Both the position numbers and the translations under genes were made by a program. The notes below the pieces were generated by a model. It was not told the DNA's origin and made no database searches. It saw only the letters and a list, made by a program, of their open reading frames with translations. From Terriglobia bacterium (GTDB taxonomy: Bacteria; Acidobacteriota; Terriglobia; JAJPHL01; JAPKYU01): a DNA stretch of 64,000 bases. This document shows, in pieces, positions 33,687 to 44,440 of the stretch. Each line of letters begins with the position of its first letter. Position 1 is the stretch's first letter. The stretch spans positions 256,001-320,000 of the forward strand of contig CBDBKE010000002.1 of NCBI GenBank assembly GCA_965206645.1. Direction: 5' to 3'.

Positions 33687-35486
33687 CTATAGCCCTTTTC
33701 TGGCCAACTCCGTCGAACTATCCGGCTTCAACACCGGCTTCAACACCATCAAGGGAATCTCCTGAACCAAGAGCGGCGCACCCACACGCCCCTCAACAAC
33801 CGGCCGTGCGACCAACCGGGCTACCTGCGGCAGCGGGGTGGCCGCAGCATCCGGGCTCCCCATCACCAGGATCACAATCTTTTGCGTCTTGGGAACGTAT
33901 TGCTCTTTCCTGCCCAAGTCAAGTTCAGCCTCTCTGATCGGCGGCTCCTCGGCGCCGGCGGAGGCCTGCACGCCCGCCGGTAGATTTTCGAGGCTGAGGG
34001 CAACGTCGCCGGAAAAGCCTTCCTGATGCTCCACGGTAACCGACAGCTTCCTGGCTTCCCCGGGCGCCACGTTGATGATGTCTTCCTCGACTTTGATTTT
34101 TCCTGCATGAGGGATCTGCGGCCGAATCAGAATCCGATACTTGAAGGACTGATTGCCGAAGCGGGAAATCAGTTCGCGAATGCGAAGGACGTATTCGCCG
34201 TCCCGCTCAAGGGTGTATATCGTTTTTGCCTGTGGGAGCTTCACCCAGTAATTGTTGTCGCCCCCGACCCTTCTCCAGAAGTTGTTGCAGATATCCCGCC
34301 CGCTGGCGTCCACCAGCTCCAGCCGGGGATTGAATTGCGGGAGCGTTGCGTCGGGCGTCTCCAGCTCAAATGCCAAACGCTGCCCGGCCTTGAGCTTCAG
34401 GTTGTAGATGTCGACTTTCCCCGGACGGTCGATCGCCCCTTCCAAAAAAACCGGCTCGAAGGGCTCCGGTGCGCCGTCGGCTTCAGAGGACGCGCTTGGG
34501 GCGGCCCCTTTCTCCGGCTGCGGCATCGGAACGCTCCTTCCATGAAGCTCCTCGATGCGGTTCAGCTCCAGCTTTCGCACAAACGGTTTTCTGAGCAGAT
34601 CAATGAGTGTCTCGTGGAGTTCAGGAAGGTCTGCCGTCTGGCTGGAGGCAGTTGAAGGCAGGGCGGGAGCGATACGGACCGGAGCGATACGGAGAAGATA
34701 GACAATGTCCGGACCGTCAATTCCGGCATAGGTCCCAACACGCAGCAGGTAGCGGCCTCCCTTGCTGAACGTATACGTCAGCCGCGGCTCCTCAGCGAAC
34801 GCCAGCCGCGTCGGCCGCTTCGGGTCGAACCAAGTGCCGCCCGGTTCATACAGCGTCAGCTGTATAACATCGAACTTGCCTGAGTTGGCTACTGTGTTCG
34901 AGGCAGCGCGAAACTCGATTTCTTCTCCCGGGAGTGCGTCAAAGGAATAGTAATCAGCTTCCCCTTTTTTCCAGATCTTGCCGCCCAGCAATGCCGGCGT
35001 CTGGAGCAGCTGCGGGTTCGGCGGATCGTTATGCGGTGTCTGGCTCTCCAACACAACCGAGTCCGCCGTCACCAGGAACGGGTGAGCATTCGACAGCCCT
35101 CGCGGCGAGACCAGCCTCAGAGAGTGGCGCCCCAGCTTGGCCGAGGAACCGATTTCCAGGTCGACCAAGACCCGATGGCCCAATGTCTCTTCTTTTTTCG
35201 CGAGGATTTGTGCATCTGCCTTCAGCCGCAGCAGCGTAATCTGCTCGACCTTCTTGATCCGCCCCTGAATCCCCTCACTGCCGGACCAGACAGCATAAGC
35301 CCCCTCCAGATTGCTTCCCCGGATCTCAATCTCCGAGACAGCCCCACGTGTTGCTCCTAAGGGGTATACCGAGATTATTTCCGGAGTCGAATTGGCCTTG
35401 GGCTTCTCGGCGGGCAAACCTGCGACTGGGGACAATACGAATATGAATGCCGCCATCAAGAGCCACGTCACACTCACCCTCGTCAT
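33687..35486 (-). CDS. Secreted PPC/Ig-domain protein typical of DUF1549 loci
   Basis: Signal peptide; P.I.SVYPLGATRG, LRLVSPRGLSN, GAIDRPGKVD.Y and DGEYVLRIRE. Confidence 0.8.
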   Translation of the reverse strand: MTRVSVTWLLMAAFIFVLSPVAGLPAEKPKANSTPEIISVYPLGATRGAVSEIEIRGSNLEGAYAVWSGSEGIQGRIKKVEQITLLRLKADAQILAKKEETLGHRVLVDLEIGSSAKLGRHSLRLVSPRGLSNAHPFLVTADSVVLESQTPHNDPPNPQLLQTPALLGGKIWKKGEADYYSFDALPGEEIEFRAASNTVANSGKFDVIQLTLYEPGGTWFDPKRPTRLAFAEEPRLTYTFSKGGRYLLRVGTYAGIDGPDIVYLLRIAPVRIAPALPSTASSQTADLPELHETLIDLLRKPFVRKLELNRIEELHGRSVPMPQPEKGAAPSASSEADGAPEPFEPVFLEGAIDRPGKVDIYNLKLKAGQRLAFELETPDATLPQFNPRLELVDASGRDICNNFWRRVGGDNNYWVKLPQAKTIYTLERDGEYVLRIRELISRFGNQSFKYRILIRPQIPHAGKIKVEEDIINVAPGEARKLSVTVEHQEGFSGDVALSLENLPAGVQASAGAEEPPIREAELDLGRKEQYVPKTQKIVILVMGSPDAAATPLPQVARLVARPVVEGRVGAPLLVQEIPLMVLKPVLKPDSSTELARKGL

Positions 35487-35848
35487 GGCGATCCAGTTCT
35501 CCTCAGGGGACGCGCCGGTCTGGACCAGCATCAGTACTCACAGTTGCTAAGGATGTATTGTACTACGATCACTGCGCCGTGGTTACCACGATTATCAAGC
35601 CTTTTCTGTCGTGGCAAGTGTGCGGAACGTCGGTGCACGAAGACGGCTTGGGGGCCCCTAGGAATAAAAGCTTCTTATTGCTAAGATAGCGTAGAGCTGC
35701 CAATAGCATAACCTCTTGTATTAAAACACGTTACCGTTTGGAGGCCGTTCCGCCAAGCGTTTTCATCCATGCCCAGTACTGGAGACCACCATTGTCACGC
35801 TACGGGCCGCCACCGAAGACATAGGGAACTCCGATCTTGTCCCGGGCT

Positions 35849-37303
35849 TTAGGCCAGAAGCTGCTTCAAGACGTCGCCGTGCACGTCGGTGAGGCGGAAG
35901 TGGCGTCCCTGGTATTTGAAGGTCAGTCGGGTATGGTCAATCCCCAGGCAGTGGAGAATGGTGGCGTTCAGATCGTGGACATGCACCGGGTCGCGCGCGA
36001 TGTTATAACAATAATCGTCCGTTTCGCCGTAGCTGATGCCCGGCTTGATTCCGCCCCCGGCCATCCAGATCGTAAAGCAGCGCGGATGATGGTCGCGCCC
36101 ATAGTCGTTGGCTGTCAACTTCCCCTGACAGTATACGGTTCGTCCGAATTCCCCGCCCCACACCACCAGCGTGTCTTCCAGCAGACCTCTTTCTTTCAAG
36201 TCCTGTATCAGCGCAGCCGAGGGCTGGTCGGCATCGCGGCACTGCCCGCGGATCTGTTTGGGTAATTTCTGGTGTTGATCCCAGCCCCTGTGGAACAGCT
36301 GGATGAAGCGCACGCCTCGCTCCGCCAGGCGGCGGGCCAGGATGCAGTTGGAGGCAAATGTTCCGGGCTTTCTGGAATCCGGTCCGTACAGCTCGAAGAT
36401 CCGCGGCGGCTCTTTGGAAAGATCCGTCAGCTCAGGCACCGAAGTTTGCATTCGGTACGCCATCTCATATTGCGCTATGCGCGTGCGGACCTCCGGGTCT
36501 CCGAATTCCTCGATGGTCAGCTGGTTGAGTTTGACCAGGTCGTCAATAAAGCGGCGGCGGGAGCTGCCGTCGAACCCCGGAGGGTTGGACAAATAAAGGA
36601 CCGGATCGCCCACCGAGCGGAACTTGACTCCCTGGTACTTGGAGGGAAGGAAACCACTGCCCCACAGGCGGTCATAGAGTGGCTGGTCGTCCGGGTTTCC
36701 GGAACCCTGGGAAACCATCACCACAAACGACGGAAGGTCCTTGTTCTCGCTGCCCAATCCATAGGACATCCAGGCGCCGATACTGGGGCGGCCCGCAAGC
36801 TGCGCACCGGTTTGGAAGAAGGTAATAGCCGGGTCGTGATTGATCGCCTCGGTGTGCATCGATCGAACAAAGCACAGCTCGTCAACGATCTTGGCGGTGT
36901 ACGGCATCAGGTCGCTCACCCAGGCACCCGACTCGCCGTGCTGCGCAAATTTGAAAATCGAGGGCGCCACCGGGAAACTCGACTGGCCGGCAGTCATGAC
37001 CGTCAAGCGCTGCCCCTTGCGAATGGAGCTCGGCAACTCCTCTCCCTGCATTTCGGCCAGCCGGGGCTTGTAGTCGAATAGGTCCATTTGCGAGGGGGCG
37101 CCCGACTGAAACAGGTAGATGATCCGTTTCGCTCGGAGCGGGAAGTGAGGAAGACCCGGGAGCCCGCCGTGCGCACTGGCGTCTTCCCCGCGCATGTCTT
37201 CTTTCAGAAGCGTGGCCAGTGCGCCAATGCCGATTCCCGTGCTGCAGCGGCCGAAAAAGTGCCGGCGGGTCAGCTGCAACCTGCGTTCAAGCCGTGGGTC
37301 CAT
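35849..37303 (-). CDS. DUF1501 protein (Tat signal)
   Basis: [35 protein letters not shown] and GRDHH. Confidence 0.93.
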   Translation of the reverse strand: MDPRLERRLQLTRRHFFGRCSTGIGIGALATLLKEDMRGEDASAHGGLPGLPHFPLRAKRIIYLFQSGAPSQMDLFDYKPRLAEMQGEELPSSIRKGQRLTVMTAGQSSFPVAPSIFKFAQHGESGAWVSDLMPYTAKIVDELCFVRSMHTEAINHDPAITFFQTGAQLAGRPSIGAWMSYGLGSENKDLPSFVVMVSQGSGNPDDQPLYDRLWGSGFLPSKYQGVKFRSVGDPVLYLSNPPGFDGSSRRRFIDDLVKLNQLTIEEFGDPEVRTRIAQYEMAYRMQTSVPELTDLSKEPPRIFELYGPDSRKPGTFASNCILARRLAERGVRFIQLFHRGWDQHQKLPKQIRGQCRDADQPSAALIQDLKERGLLEDTLVVWGGEFGRTVYCQGKLTANDYGRDHHPRCFTIWMAGGGIKPGISYGETDDYCYNIARDPVHVHDLNATILHCLGIDHTRLTFKYQGRHFRLTDVHGDVLKQLLA

Positions 37304-37321
37304 CAGTGATTCTCCGTGCGG

Positions 37322-40300
37322 TTACTGTTTGGTGACGGTTTCATCCAGGTTCAGAATCAGGCTCGCCATTGCCGTGTATGCGGCCAGTTCGCTGACGTCC
37401 AGCTTCTCGTTGCGCGGGTGCTCTCCGATGCTGAGCAGCTTGAGCGCTGCTTTCCGGTCAGCCCGGTACTGTTCCAGGTAATGTCGGAAGCTGCTCAGCA
37501 GAATCTCAGCCCTTGGGCGGGATAGCCCGCGCGCGGTAGCCAGGCGGAAGGCGTAGCCGATCCGCTCCTCAGGAGTGCCTCCCCCCTTGGTCAGCATTCG
37601 TTCGGCAAGGACACGGGCCGCCTCCAGGTAGGTGACGTCGTTCATCAGATTGAGCGCTTGAAGCGGCGTATTGGTCCGGTTTTCAAGCACCACGCAGGTC
37701 TCGCGGCCCGACGCGTCGAAAATCATCATTGAGGGAGGCGGGACAGCTCGTTTCCAGAAGGTGTAGAGGCTGCGGCGGTAGAGGTCCTCTCCCTTATCTG
37801 CTTCATATTCGTTCGTTCCCGACAGTTCCTTCCACAAGCCGGCAGGTTGGTAGGGCTTGACCGAAGGTCCGCCAATTTTCTCGACCAGCAGCCCGGCCAT
37901 CGCAAGCGCCTGGTCGCGGACCATTCCTGCCGACAGGCGGAACCGCGGTCCGCGAGCCAGCAGGAGATTCTGGGGGTCCCTCTGCAACCCTTCAGGGGTT
38001 ACCCGGGAGGACTGGCGGTAGGTCGCGCTGCTCACAATCAGCTTCTGCATCGCCTTGACATCCCAACCCGTCCGGACGAATTCCGTGGCGAGCCAGTCGA
38101 GCAGCTCGGGATGAGTGGGCCATTCCCCTTGTAAACCGAAGTTTTCGGCAGTCTTGACCAGCGCGGTGCCAAAGTACATCTGCCAGAAGCGATTCACGAC
38201 GACACGCGCGGTCAGTGGGTTGGACGGGTGCACCAGCCAGCGCGCCAAGCCCAGGCGGTTGTTTTCCCAGCCCTGCGGCAAGGGGGCAAGAACCGCAGGA
38301 ACTCCAGTCGTCACTTTCTCTCCCGGACGGTCGTAAGCGCCCCGGATCAGCACATGCGTCGGGCGCGGTGTCTCGCGCTCCTGCATGACCATGACGGTGG
38401 GGATGCTCTCCCAAAACTTCTGCTTCTGCGCTCGCAGATCTCGCACCTGCGCCCAGGCCTGCCGAATCTCCGCAGGGGCCTGCTCCTCCAGGAAATACAA
38501 CTTGATTTTTTCCGACTGCAGCCGCGATCTCTTCTCGCTCCGAAGAGCCAGGATCTCCGCAATCAAGGAAGAGGTGGCGACCACTGCCGCCTCGTCGGGC
38601 CGCAGGACCACCTTGTAGACGCGCACGTCGTCCACATAGCCGCGGAAGCGGTTCTCCAGGCCGCCGCCTGCGCCGATGCGCAGCAGGTGTCCTGGGAAAT
38701 GGAACCCTTGGCTTAGCTCGTCAAGCAGAACCTCCAATTCCTGAGGTTCACCGTCCACATAGATCCGGACTCCGTCGGCCAGGTGGGAGGCGTCATAGGT
38801 CGCAAGAACGTGGTGCCAGCGGTTCAGTTCTAGCGCCCTCTCGGTTTGCACGCGCAACGCGTCATCCAGCCAACGTGAAACGAGATTCAACTGGACCTTT
38901 CCCTCCTTCAAGTACAGCCCATAACCCAAAGGCTCCGAGACGTCTTCGCCGTTAGCGACTATAGCCCCCTGCGCCGCTGTGGGATAAACCCAGGCCGCAA
39001 GGGTGAACTTGTCGTAGAAGCCGAACCTCGCGATATCGCCGGCGTGGAGGAAATGTTTGCCGTCAAAACTGGCCGCCTGTCCAACCCGGCCGGTGACGAA
39101 TGCTGGCTCTCCTTCCTGTGGGAGGGCACAATCGGGCTTTCCGCCTAGATCGCCGTCCAGGCGGTAGTGCACCACCAGTCCCCGCGCAACGGACCAGTCC
39201 GCCGGTTGTGTCCTGGTAAACTCTTTTTCCCAGCTTCGCTGCGCTTCGGCCATTGCAGTCTCTAGCTTCGCAAACTTCTTTTCGGCGGCCTCCAGCTTCC
39301 TCTCCAGATCCTGCACTCGAGCTTTCTGAGCGTCGGTGGGAGCTTTGATCATGGGCGCCGAATTGCCGTATTTATTCGCCCTTCCCTTTTCCGGGACGTT
39401 GTTGAAGTAGGCGAACAGCCGGTAAAAATCTTTCTGGGTAAAGGGATCGTACTTGTGGTCGTGACACCGGGCGCAGCCCAGGGTCAGACCTAGCCAGACG
39501 GTGGAGGTTGTCTCCAGCCGGTCCACTACATACTCCACCGCATATTCTTCAGGGATGATGCCACCCTCGCCGTTGCCGCGGTGATTCCGATTGAAGCCAG
39601 TGGCGATTCTCTGTTCCAGCGTGGGATTCGGCAGCATGTCACCCGCGATCTGCTCGATGGTGAACTGATCGAAGGGCATGTTGCGATTGAAGGCGTCAAT
39701 GACCCAGTCGCGCCACCGCCACATGCTGCGCTCGGCATCCGTCTGATACCCATTGGTATCCGCATAACGCGCCGCGTCCAGCCATCGTGTTGCCATCCGT
39801 TCGCCGTAGCGCGGAGAATCGAGCAGCCGGTCTACTACCTTCCCGTACGCGTTGGGCGAAGGGTCCTGCAAGAAGCCGTCAATTTCGGCGGGGGTGGGCG
39901 GCAACCCGGTCAGGTCCAGGCTCACCCGGCGAATCAGGGTAGCCTTGTCGGCTTCGGGAGAAGGACGGAAGCCATCCCGCTCCAGTCGTTCCAATACGAA
40001 GAAATCGATCGCAACGCGCGGCCAGCTTCGGTCGCGGACCTCGGGAAGGGCCGGAGCGCGGGGCGGGATGAAAGACCAGTGCTGCGTTTGCCACTTGGCG
40101 CCCTGCTCGATCCAGCGGCGGATCAGTTCGATCTCCGGAGCAGCGAGCGTTCGACCGGAAAACGCGGGAGGCATTTTCACCGCTGGGTCGGAGGAGGAAA
40201 TGCGCCGGTACATTTCACTGCGGGCCGGCTCGCCCGGCACAACGGCAAACTTCTCCCCTAGGTCAGCGAACGCACCCGCTTCGGTGTCGAGCCGTAACTT

Positions 40301-40495
40301 GCTCATGCGCTGTGACGGATCGGGGCCGTGACAAGTGAAACACTTGTCGGAAAGGATGGGCCGGATGTCTCGATTGAATTCGACGGCCTGGGAAACCGAG
40401 TCGGCAGGCGAAGCGGCGGCCAAGCCAAGGAGAAGCCAATGCCCGAAAACACCAAGCCCCAGGTAATCGAGCAAACGCCAGCGCCCTTTCGTCAT
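37322..40495 (-). CDS. Planctomycete-type cytochrome c / DUF1549 / LamG / DUF1553 protein
   Basis: FNRDIRPILSDKCFTCHGPD, RRVSLDLTGLPP, CARCHDHKYDP, LamG insert (WHHVLATYD...DDVRVY) and NTPLQAL. Confidence 0.93.
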   Translation of the reverse strand: MTKGRWRLLDYLGLGVFGHWLLLGLAAASPADSVSQAVEFNRDIRPILSDKCFTCHGPDPSQRMSKLRLDTEAGAFADLGEKFAVVPGEPARSEMYRRISSSDPAVKMPPAFSGRTLAAPEIELIRRWIEQGAKWQTQHWSFIPPRAPALPEVRDRSWPRVAIDFFVLERLERDGFRPSPEADKATLIRRVSLDLTGLPPTPAEIDGFLQDPSPNAYGKVVDRLLDSPRYGERMATRWLDAARYADTNGYQTDAERSMWRWRDWVIDAFNRNMPFDQFTIEQIAGDMLPNPTLEQRIATGFNRNHRGNGEGGIIPEEYAVEYVVDRLETTSTVWLGLTLGCARCHDHKYDPFTQKDFYRLFAYFNNVPEKGRANKYGNSAPMIKAPTDAQKARVQDLERKLEAAEKKFAKLETAMAEAQRSWEKEFTRTQPADWSVARGLVVHYRLDGDLGGKPDCALPQEGEPAFVTGRVGQAASFDGKHFLHAGDIARFGFYDKFTLAAWVYPTAAQGAIVANGEDVSEPLGYGLYLKEGKVQLNLVSRWLDDALRVQTERALELNRWHHVLATYDASHLADGVRIYVDGEPQELEVLLDELSQGFHFPGHLLRIGAGGGLENRFRGYVDDVRVYKVVLRPDEAAVVATSSLIAEILALRSEKRSRLQSEKIKLYFLEEQAPAEIRQAWAQVRDLRAQKQKFWESIPTVMVMQERETPRPTHVLIRGAYDRPGEKVTTGVPAVLAPLPQGWENNRLGLARWLVHPSNPLTARVVVNRFWQMYFGTALVKTAENFGLQGEWPTHPELLDWLATEFVRTGWDVKAMQKLIVSSATYRQSSRVTPEGLQRDPQNLLLARGPRFRLSAGMVRDQALAMAGLLVEKIGGPSVKPYQPAGLWKELSGTNEYEADKGEDLYRRSLYTFWKRAVPPPSMMIFDASGRETCVVLENRTNTPLQALNLMNDVTYLEAARVLAERMLTKGGGTPEERIGYAFRLATARGLSRPRAEILLSSFRHYLEQYRADRKAALKLLSIGEHPRNEKLDVSELAAYTAMASLILNLDETVTKQ

Positions 40496-40524
40496 GGCTC
40501 CCTGCTCCAGTCGCGGGTTCCTAA

Positions 40525-40553
40525 ATTCTGACTCCCTACGCTTTCTGAGTCAA
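40525..40553 (-). promoter_or_regulatory. Candidate sigma70 promoter
   Basis: TTGACT-17 bp-CAGAAT, 30 bp upstream of ATG 40495. Confidence 0.55.
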
Positions 40554-40591
40554 GGGGCAGACGGAGGGGGAATTGAAACTATCTTGTCCTC

Positions 40592-40657
40592 CGGAAGAAC
40601 CGGATGGGCGGAAGAACCGGATGGGCGGAAGAACCGGATGGGCGGAAGAACCGAATG
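40592..40657. repeat. 17-bp tandem repeat, about 3.9 copies
   Basis: CGGAAGAACCGGATGGG x3 plus CGGAAGAACCGAATG. Confidence 0.93.
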
Positions 40658-40688
40658 CGGCTCGCGCCGGTTGCCGAGTTTTGCACTG

Positions 40689-43600
40689 TCAAAAGCTGAT
40701 CTTTAGTGCGAACTGTCCCTGTCTGTTCCCACCTGCCCCGGTAACTCTGCCGAAATTAAAAGGATCGCCCACATTATTCCGGATCCCCCCCAGCGATGGC
40801 GGTTGAAGGCGTTAAACACCTCAAAACGAAACTCTACGTTGACTGTTTCAGTAATGTAGGTCCGCTTGGCTATCCCCAGGTTCTCGTTTAAACGAGCGAA
40901 CCCTCGGATGCCAGTAATCCTGGGCGCGTTCCCAAAGGTGAAGGGCGGGGGCACCGCAAAAGCCTTTGGGTTGAGGTACTGGGCGCCGGGTTCGTCGGCG
41001 TCCAGGGTCTGAGGCACTCCCGAAACCACGTCGGGCAAATTGAGATTGTTGAACAAGGGCAACGTATTTTCGATTCCCACTGTGATTGGGTCACCGGACG
41101 AGTAGTCCAGAACTCCGTTGAGGTGCCAGCCCCCAAGAAGCTTCCCGACAGGTCCTGTCGCCTTTCCCACAAAAGGCTTGCCCGGGCCAATCGGCAGCTC
41201 GTAGTTAAACGCTATAGCCAGCCGTTGCGGCAAGTTGCCCGGCGACAGCGATTTTTCCAATCGCCGGTTGTAATGGTCACGCGCGGTGATGCCGAAGAAG
41301 CCGCCCATGCTGGAACTGGCGTCGCTGATGTACTTGGACCAGGTATAGGAAGCCAGCAGGAACAAGCCTTTGGAAAACTGCTTTTCTAGCTTCAGCTGCA
41401 AGGAGTGGTAAGTGGAATTTCCAATTTGGGCGCCGCCCAGTAAGGGAATCGAGACCAGATTTGCGCTTGTTCCCACGAACAGATACTGCGGGAAAGGTCG
41501 CAAGGCCTGTGCGAGGCTTCCCTCGAAACCGGGGTATGGAGGGCGAAAACCGGCAGCCGCCACCTCCGAGTTATCGATCGGCTTGGTCAACAAGTTCCCC
41601 AATGCAAGGAAAGAGGGGTGAACCTGATTGGCGTTAATCGCCCCACTATTGAGCCTTGTTCCTTTGGAAGCTACGTAGGCGGCATCGAGCAGCCAGCCTG
41701 GCGTCAGCTGTCTTTGAACCGTGAAGTGCCAGTTCTGCGTATAGGCAGGCTCGGAAGCGTTCGGGTCCCACAGGGAGGTTTGCCCGCCGTTCGCAGTGAC
41801 AGGGTCGATGAAGGGTGGCCTCACAAAGAAAGGAAATCCATCGTCCCAGGAGAAAGCCGGTGTGACCCCATTATCCGTCGACCGAACCAGAGGCTCGGCA
41901 GCGAATCCTACGTTGTACTCACGGATGGATCCGGTTCCCGCTGAGGCGGGGCCAAAGTAGCTAATGCCGTAACCGGCGCGCAGGACCCAATTCGGCGTCA
42001 TCGACCAGGCAAGACCGAGGCGGGGCGCGAAATTGTTCCACGAGATCGGGGGCGTGAGCCGCCGCCTTCCGGCACGACCCGGCCCAAATCCTGCAAAAAT
42101 CATAGCTCCCGGCAACCCCCCGGCACCAGGATTGGGAACCGAGGGATCCATGATGGAGTAATTATCGTGAACCCCGTACATGGGTAGGTAGAGATCCCAC
42201 CTGATTCCTAAGTTCCGCGTGAATTTGATGTCATCCTGAAAGTAGGCGCCATAGTAGCCAAATCGGGATGCACCAGCAAACTCCTGAACATGGTGATCGG
42301 CCCGATCCACCCACCCCAGCAGAAAACTGGCAAAGGAGTTACCCGTCACCGATCTTCCGTCAGCGAGCGCCCCAGTGATGGGATTCCTAATTTGTCCGGG
42401 GAACGCGGTCTCATTCCGGAAAAAAAAGAACCTGCCGCTGTTGGTCGGACGGCGGTGATCCGTGCGCAGGTAGCGTTGCTCTGCGCCGAACTTGAAATTG
42501 TGCCGTCCCCTAACCAAGGAGAGGCTTTCTGTGTAGTGCAGGTTGGTTCCCTGGAGGGCATCATCCGTGCCCAGGCCCCTGTTCCCCAGGTGGATAAAGG
42601 GGGGCATCTCTATCGTCGGAAAGGGGCCATTACCGAGGATACCTTTGAGCCCCAACTGCTCCGCCCACATGAATCCGGTATGCCGAAAGATGGAGATGAA
42701 GCCCTGCCGGTTCACTCCCGCAGTCAGATGCAACAGTACCGTTGGGCTGACGATCCAGTCGTACGTAGCCCGGGCAAGGCTTTGATTGAAATCGAAGTCA
42801 CGGATTGAAGTTGCTCCGACATCCTCAGGGGAAAAGCAAGGATTGGAGCATTGAACGGTGGGGTTGTGCTCTCGATTTAACGTGACACTCACGCTGTGGA
42901 CGGAAGTAATCCTATGGTCAACTTTAATCGTGAAATTATCCTTGTTGGTTTGGTTCACCACCTTCTCCAGGAAATTGTCGACGATTCCCGAACGCTCAGG
43001 ATCCGGATAGAATCCGACTGCCTTTCTGGATATCGCGCTAAAACGATCCTTGGGGATAATGTTCCCGGGGAAGGGGTCCCGGGTGAATCCTCCCCTGCCA
43101 TCCGCACGCGTGGTGGCCGGGTCGTAAATCGGGATCAGATTTCCCGTCCGGTCCCTCAGCCCGGATAAGTCACCTCTTTTGAAGGCAACCGAGGGAATGG
43201 AAATGAAGCGGCTCTGAGGCGCCCGTCGCACTACGAATCTGTTGAGGTTGAAGAAGAAGAACGAGCGGTTCTTGCCGTTATACAGTCGTGGAATGATGAT
43301 CGGTCCACCGACACTTCCCCCGTAATCATTCTGACGATTGATCGACCGCTCCGCAGGGAAGAACCCTCGCGTATCGAGCTTGTCATTGCGGAGAAACTCA
43401 TAGACGTTCCCATGAAGCGCATTGGTTCCAGACCGCACGGAAAAGCTGAGGATGCCCCCGCCCGTATTGCCGAACTGGGCCGAAGCGTTGCTGGTGACCA
43501 GCGTGAATTCCTGGACAGCCTCCGGCGGCAGCGTCAAGGGACGCGTATCGCCGGGGGTCGCAAGCACGCCACTCACGTCGAGGCCATCGATCAGAATCTG

Positions 43601-44155
43601 GCTGGAGAGCATCTGGCCGCCGTTGATGTTGAAAGAAAAGTGTCCAGTCGCCACCCCGGGGGCAAGAGCCACGAAGTCTGCCAAGCGTCTCCCTCCACTC
43701 GCATTGAGTGGCAAAGCGAGGAAGGTTCGTGGGTTAATGTTTGTGGCCAGTTCGGATGTCTCGGGTTTGAACTGCGGAGCGAGGGCCTCGACAGTTATGA
43801 CTTCAGTTGTCGCTCCCACTTCCAACGTGAGATCAAGCGCCTTAATTCCGTTCACATTGACCTTGACGTTCTCACGAACCAATTTTTTGAAACCAGGATG
43901 CTCCACTTCCACCTGATACGTACCGGCGCGAAGACTCGTAATATTGTAATTGCCGACGGTTGTGGATTCGGTGCTGAAGCTAACGCCGGTGGCTACGCTT
44001 ATGGCTCCGACATTGGCCCCGGGGATGACCGCCCCCGTGGGATCCAAGACTGTTCCACGGATGCCTCCCCGATCGGTTTGGGCCGGCATCATTGTCGGAA
44101 TTGTCGACACTGCCAGAAGTAGCAAGCTTGCTCTCAGGATGGGGCCTGAAGCCAT
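40689..44155 (-). CDS. Oar-type TonB-dependent receptor with a frameshift in a G7 tract near the C-terminus
   Basis: Carboxypeptidase-regulatory N-domain; EAVQEF, YEFLRN and NNFAPRLG. Adding one G at 40785-40791 restores ...NFGRVTGAGGNRQGQFALKISF* with a terminal Phe. Confidence 0.88.
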
Positions 44156-44440
44156 GTCCCGTTTTGGGATTCCTCTTTTGGGCTTGTACTGCGATTCGTG
44201 TCAAGAAGGAGGTGAGGTGACATGAAAAATCCTTATGATAAAACTAAAGACATAGAATGTATGGTAGCCGACAGAATATTCATGGTGATAATACGAACTA
44301 GCCTGGAAGGGAGCCGAAGCGAGTGGCCGGCCGATCGACGTCTAATGGACTATGATTTCTTGCAACTCCTCTGGTAGCGTAAATGGGTTTCCTGCGCTGG
44401 GCTGACCTGGCCAGCCATACCCTACGGTTCGGGAAATATT

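Noticed and set aside
40592-40657. Plasmid iterons or replication origin
   Set aside because: No rep gene, AT-rich unwinding element or DnaA boxes nearby, and the context is chromosomal.
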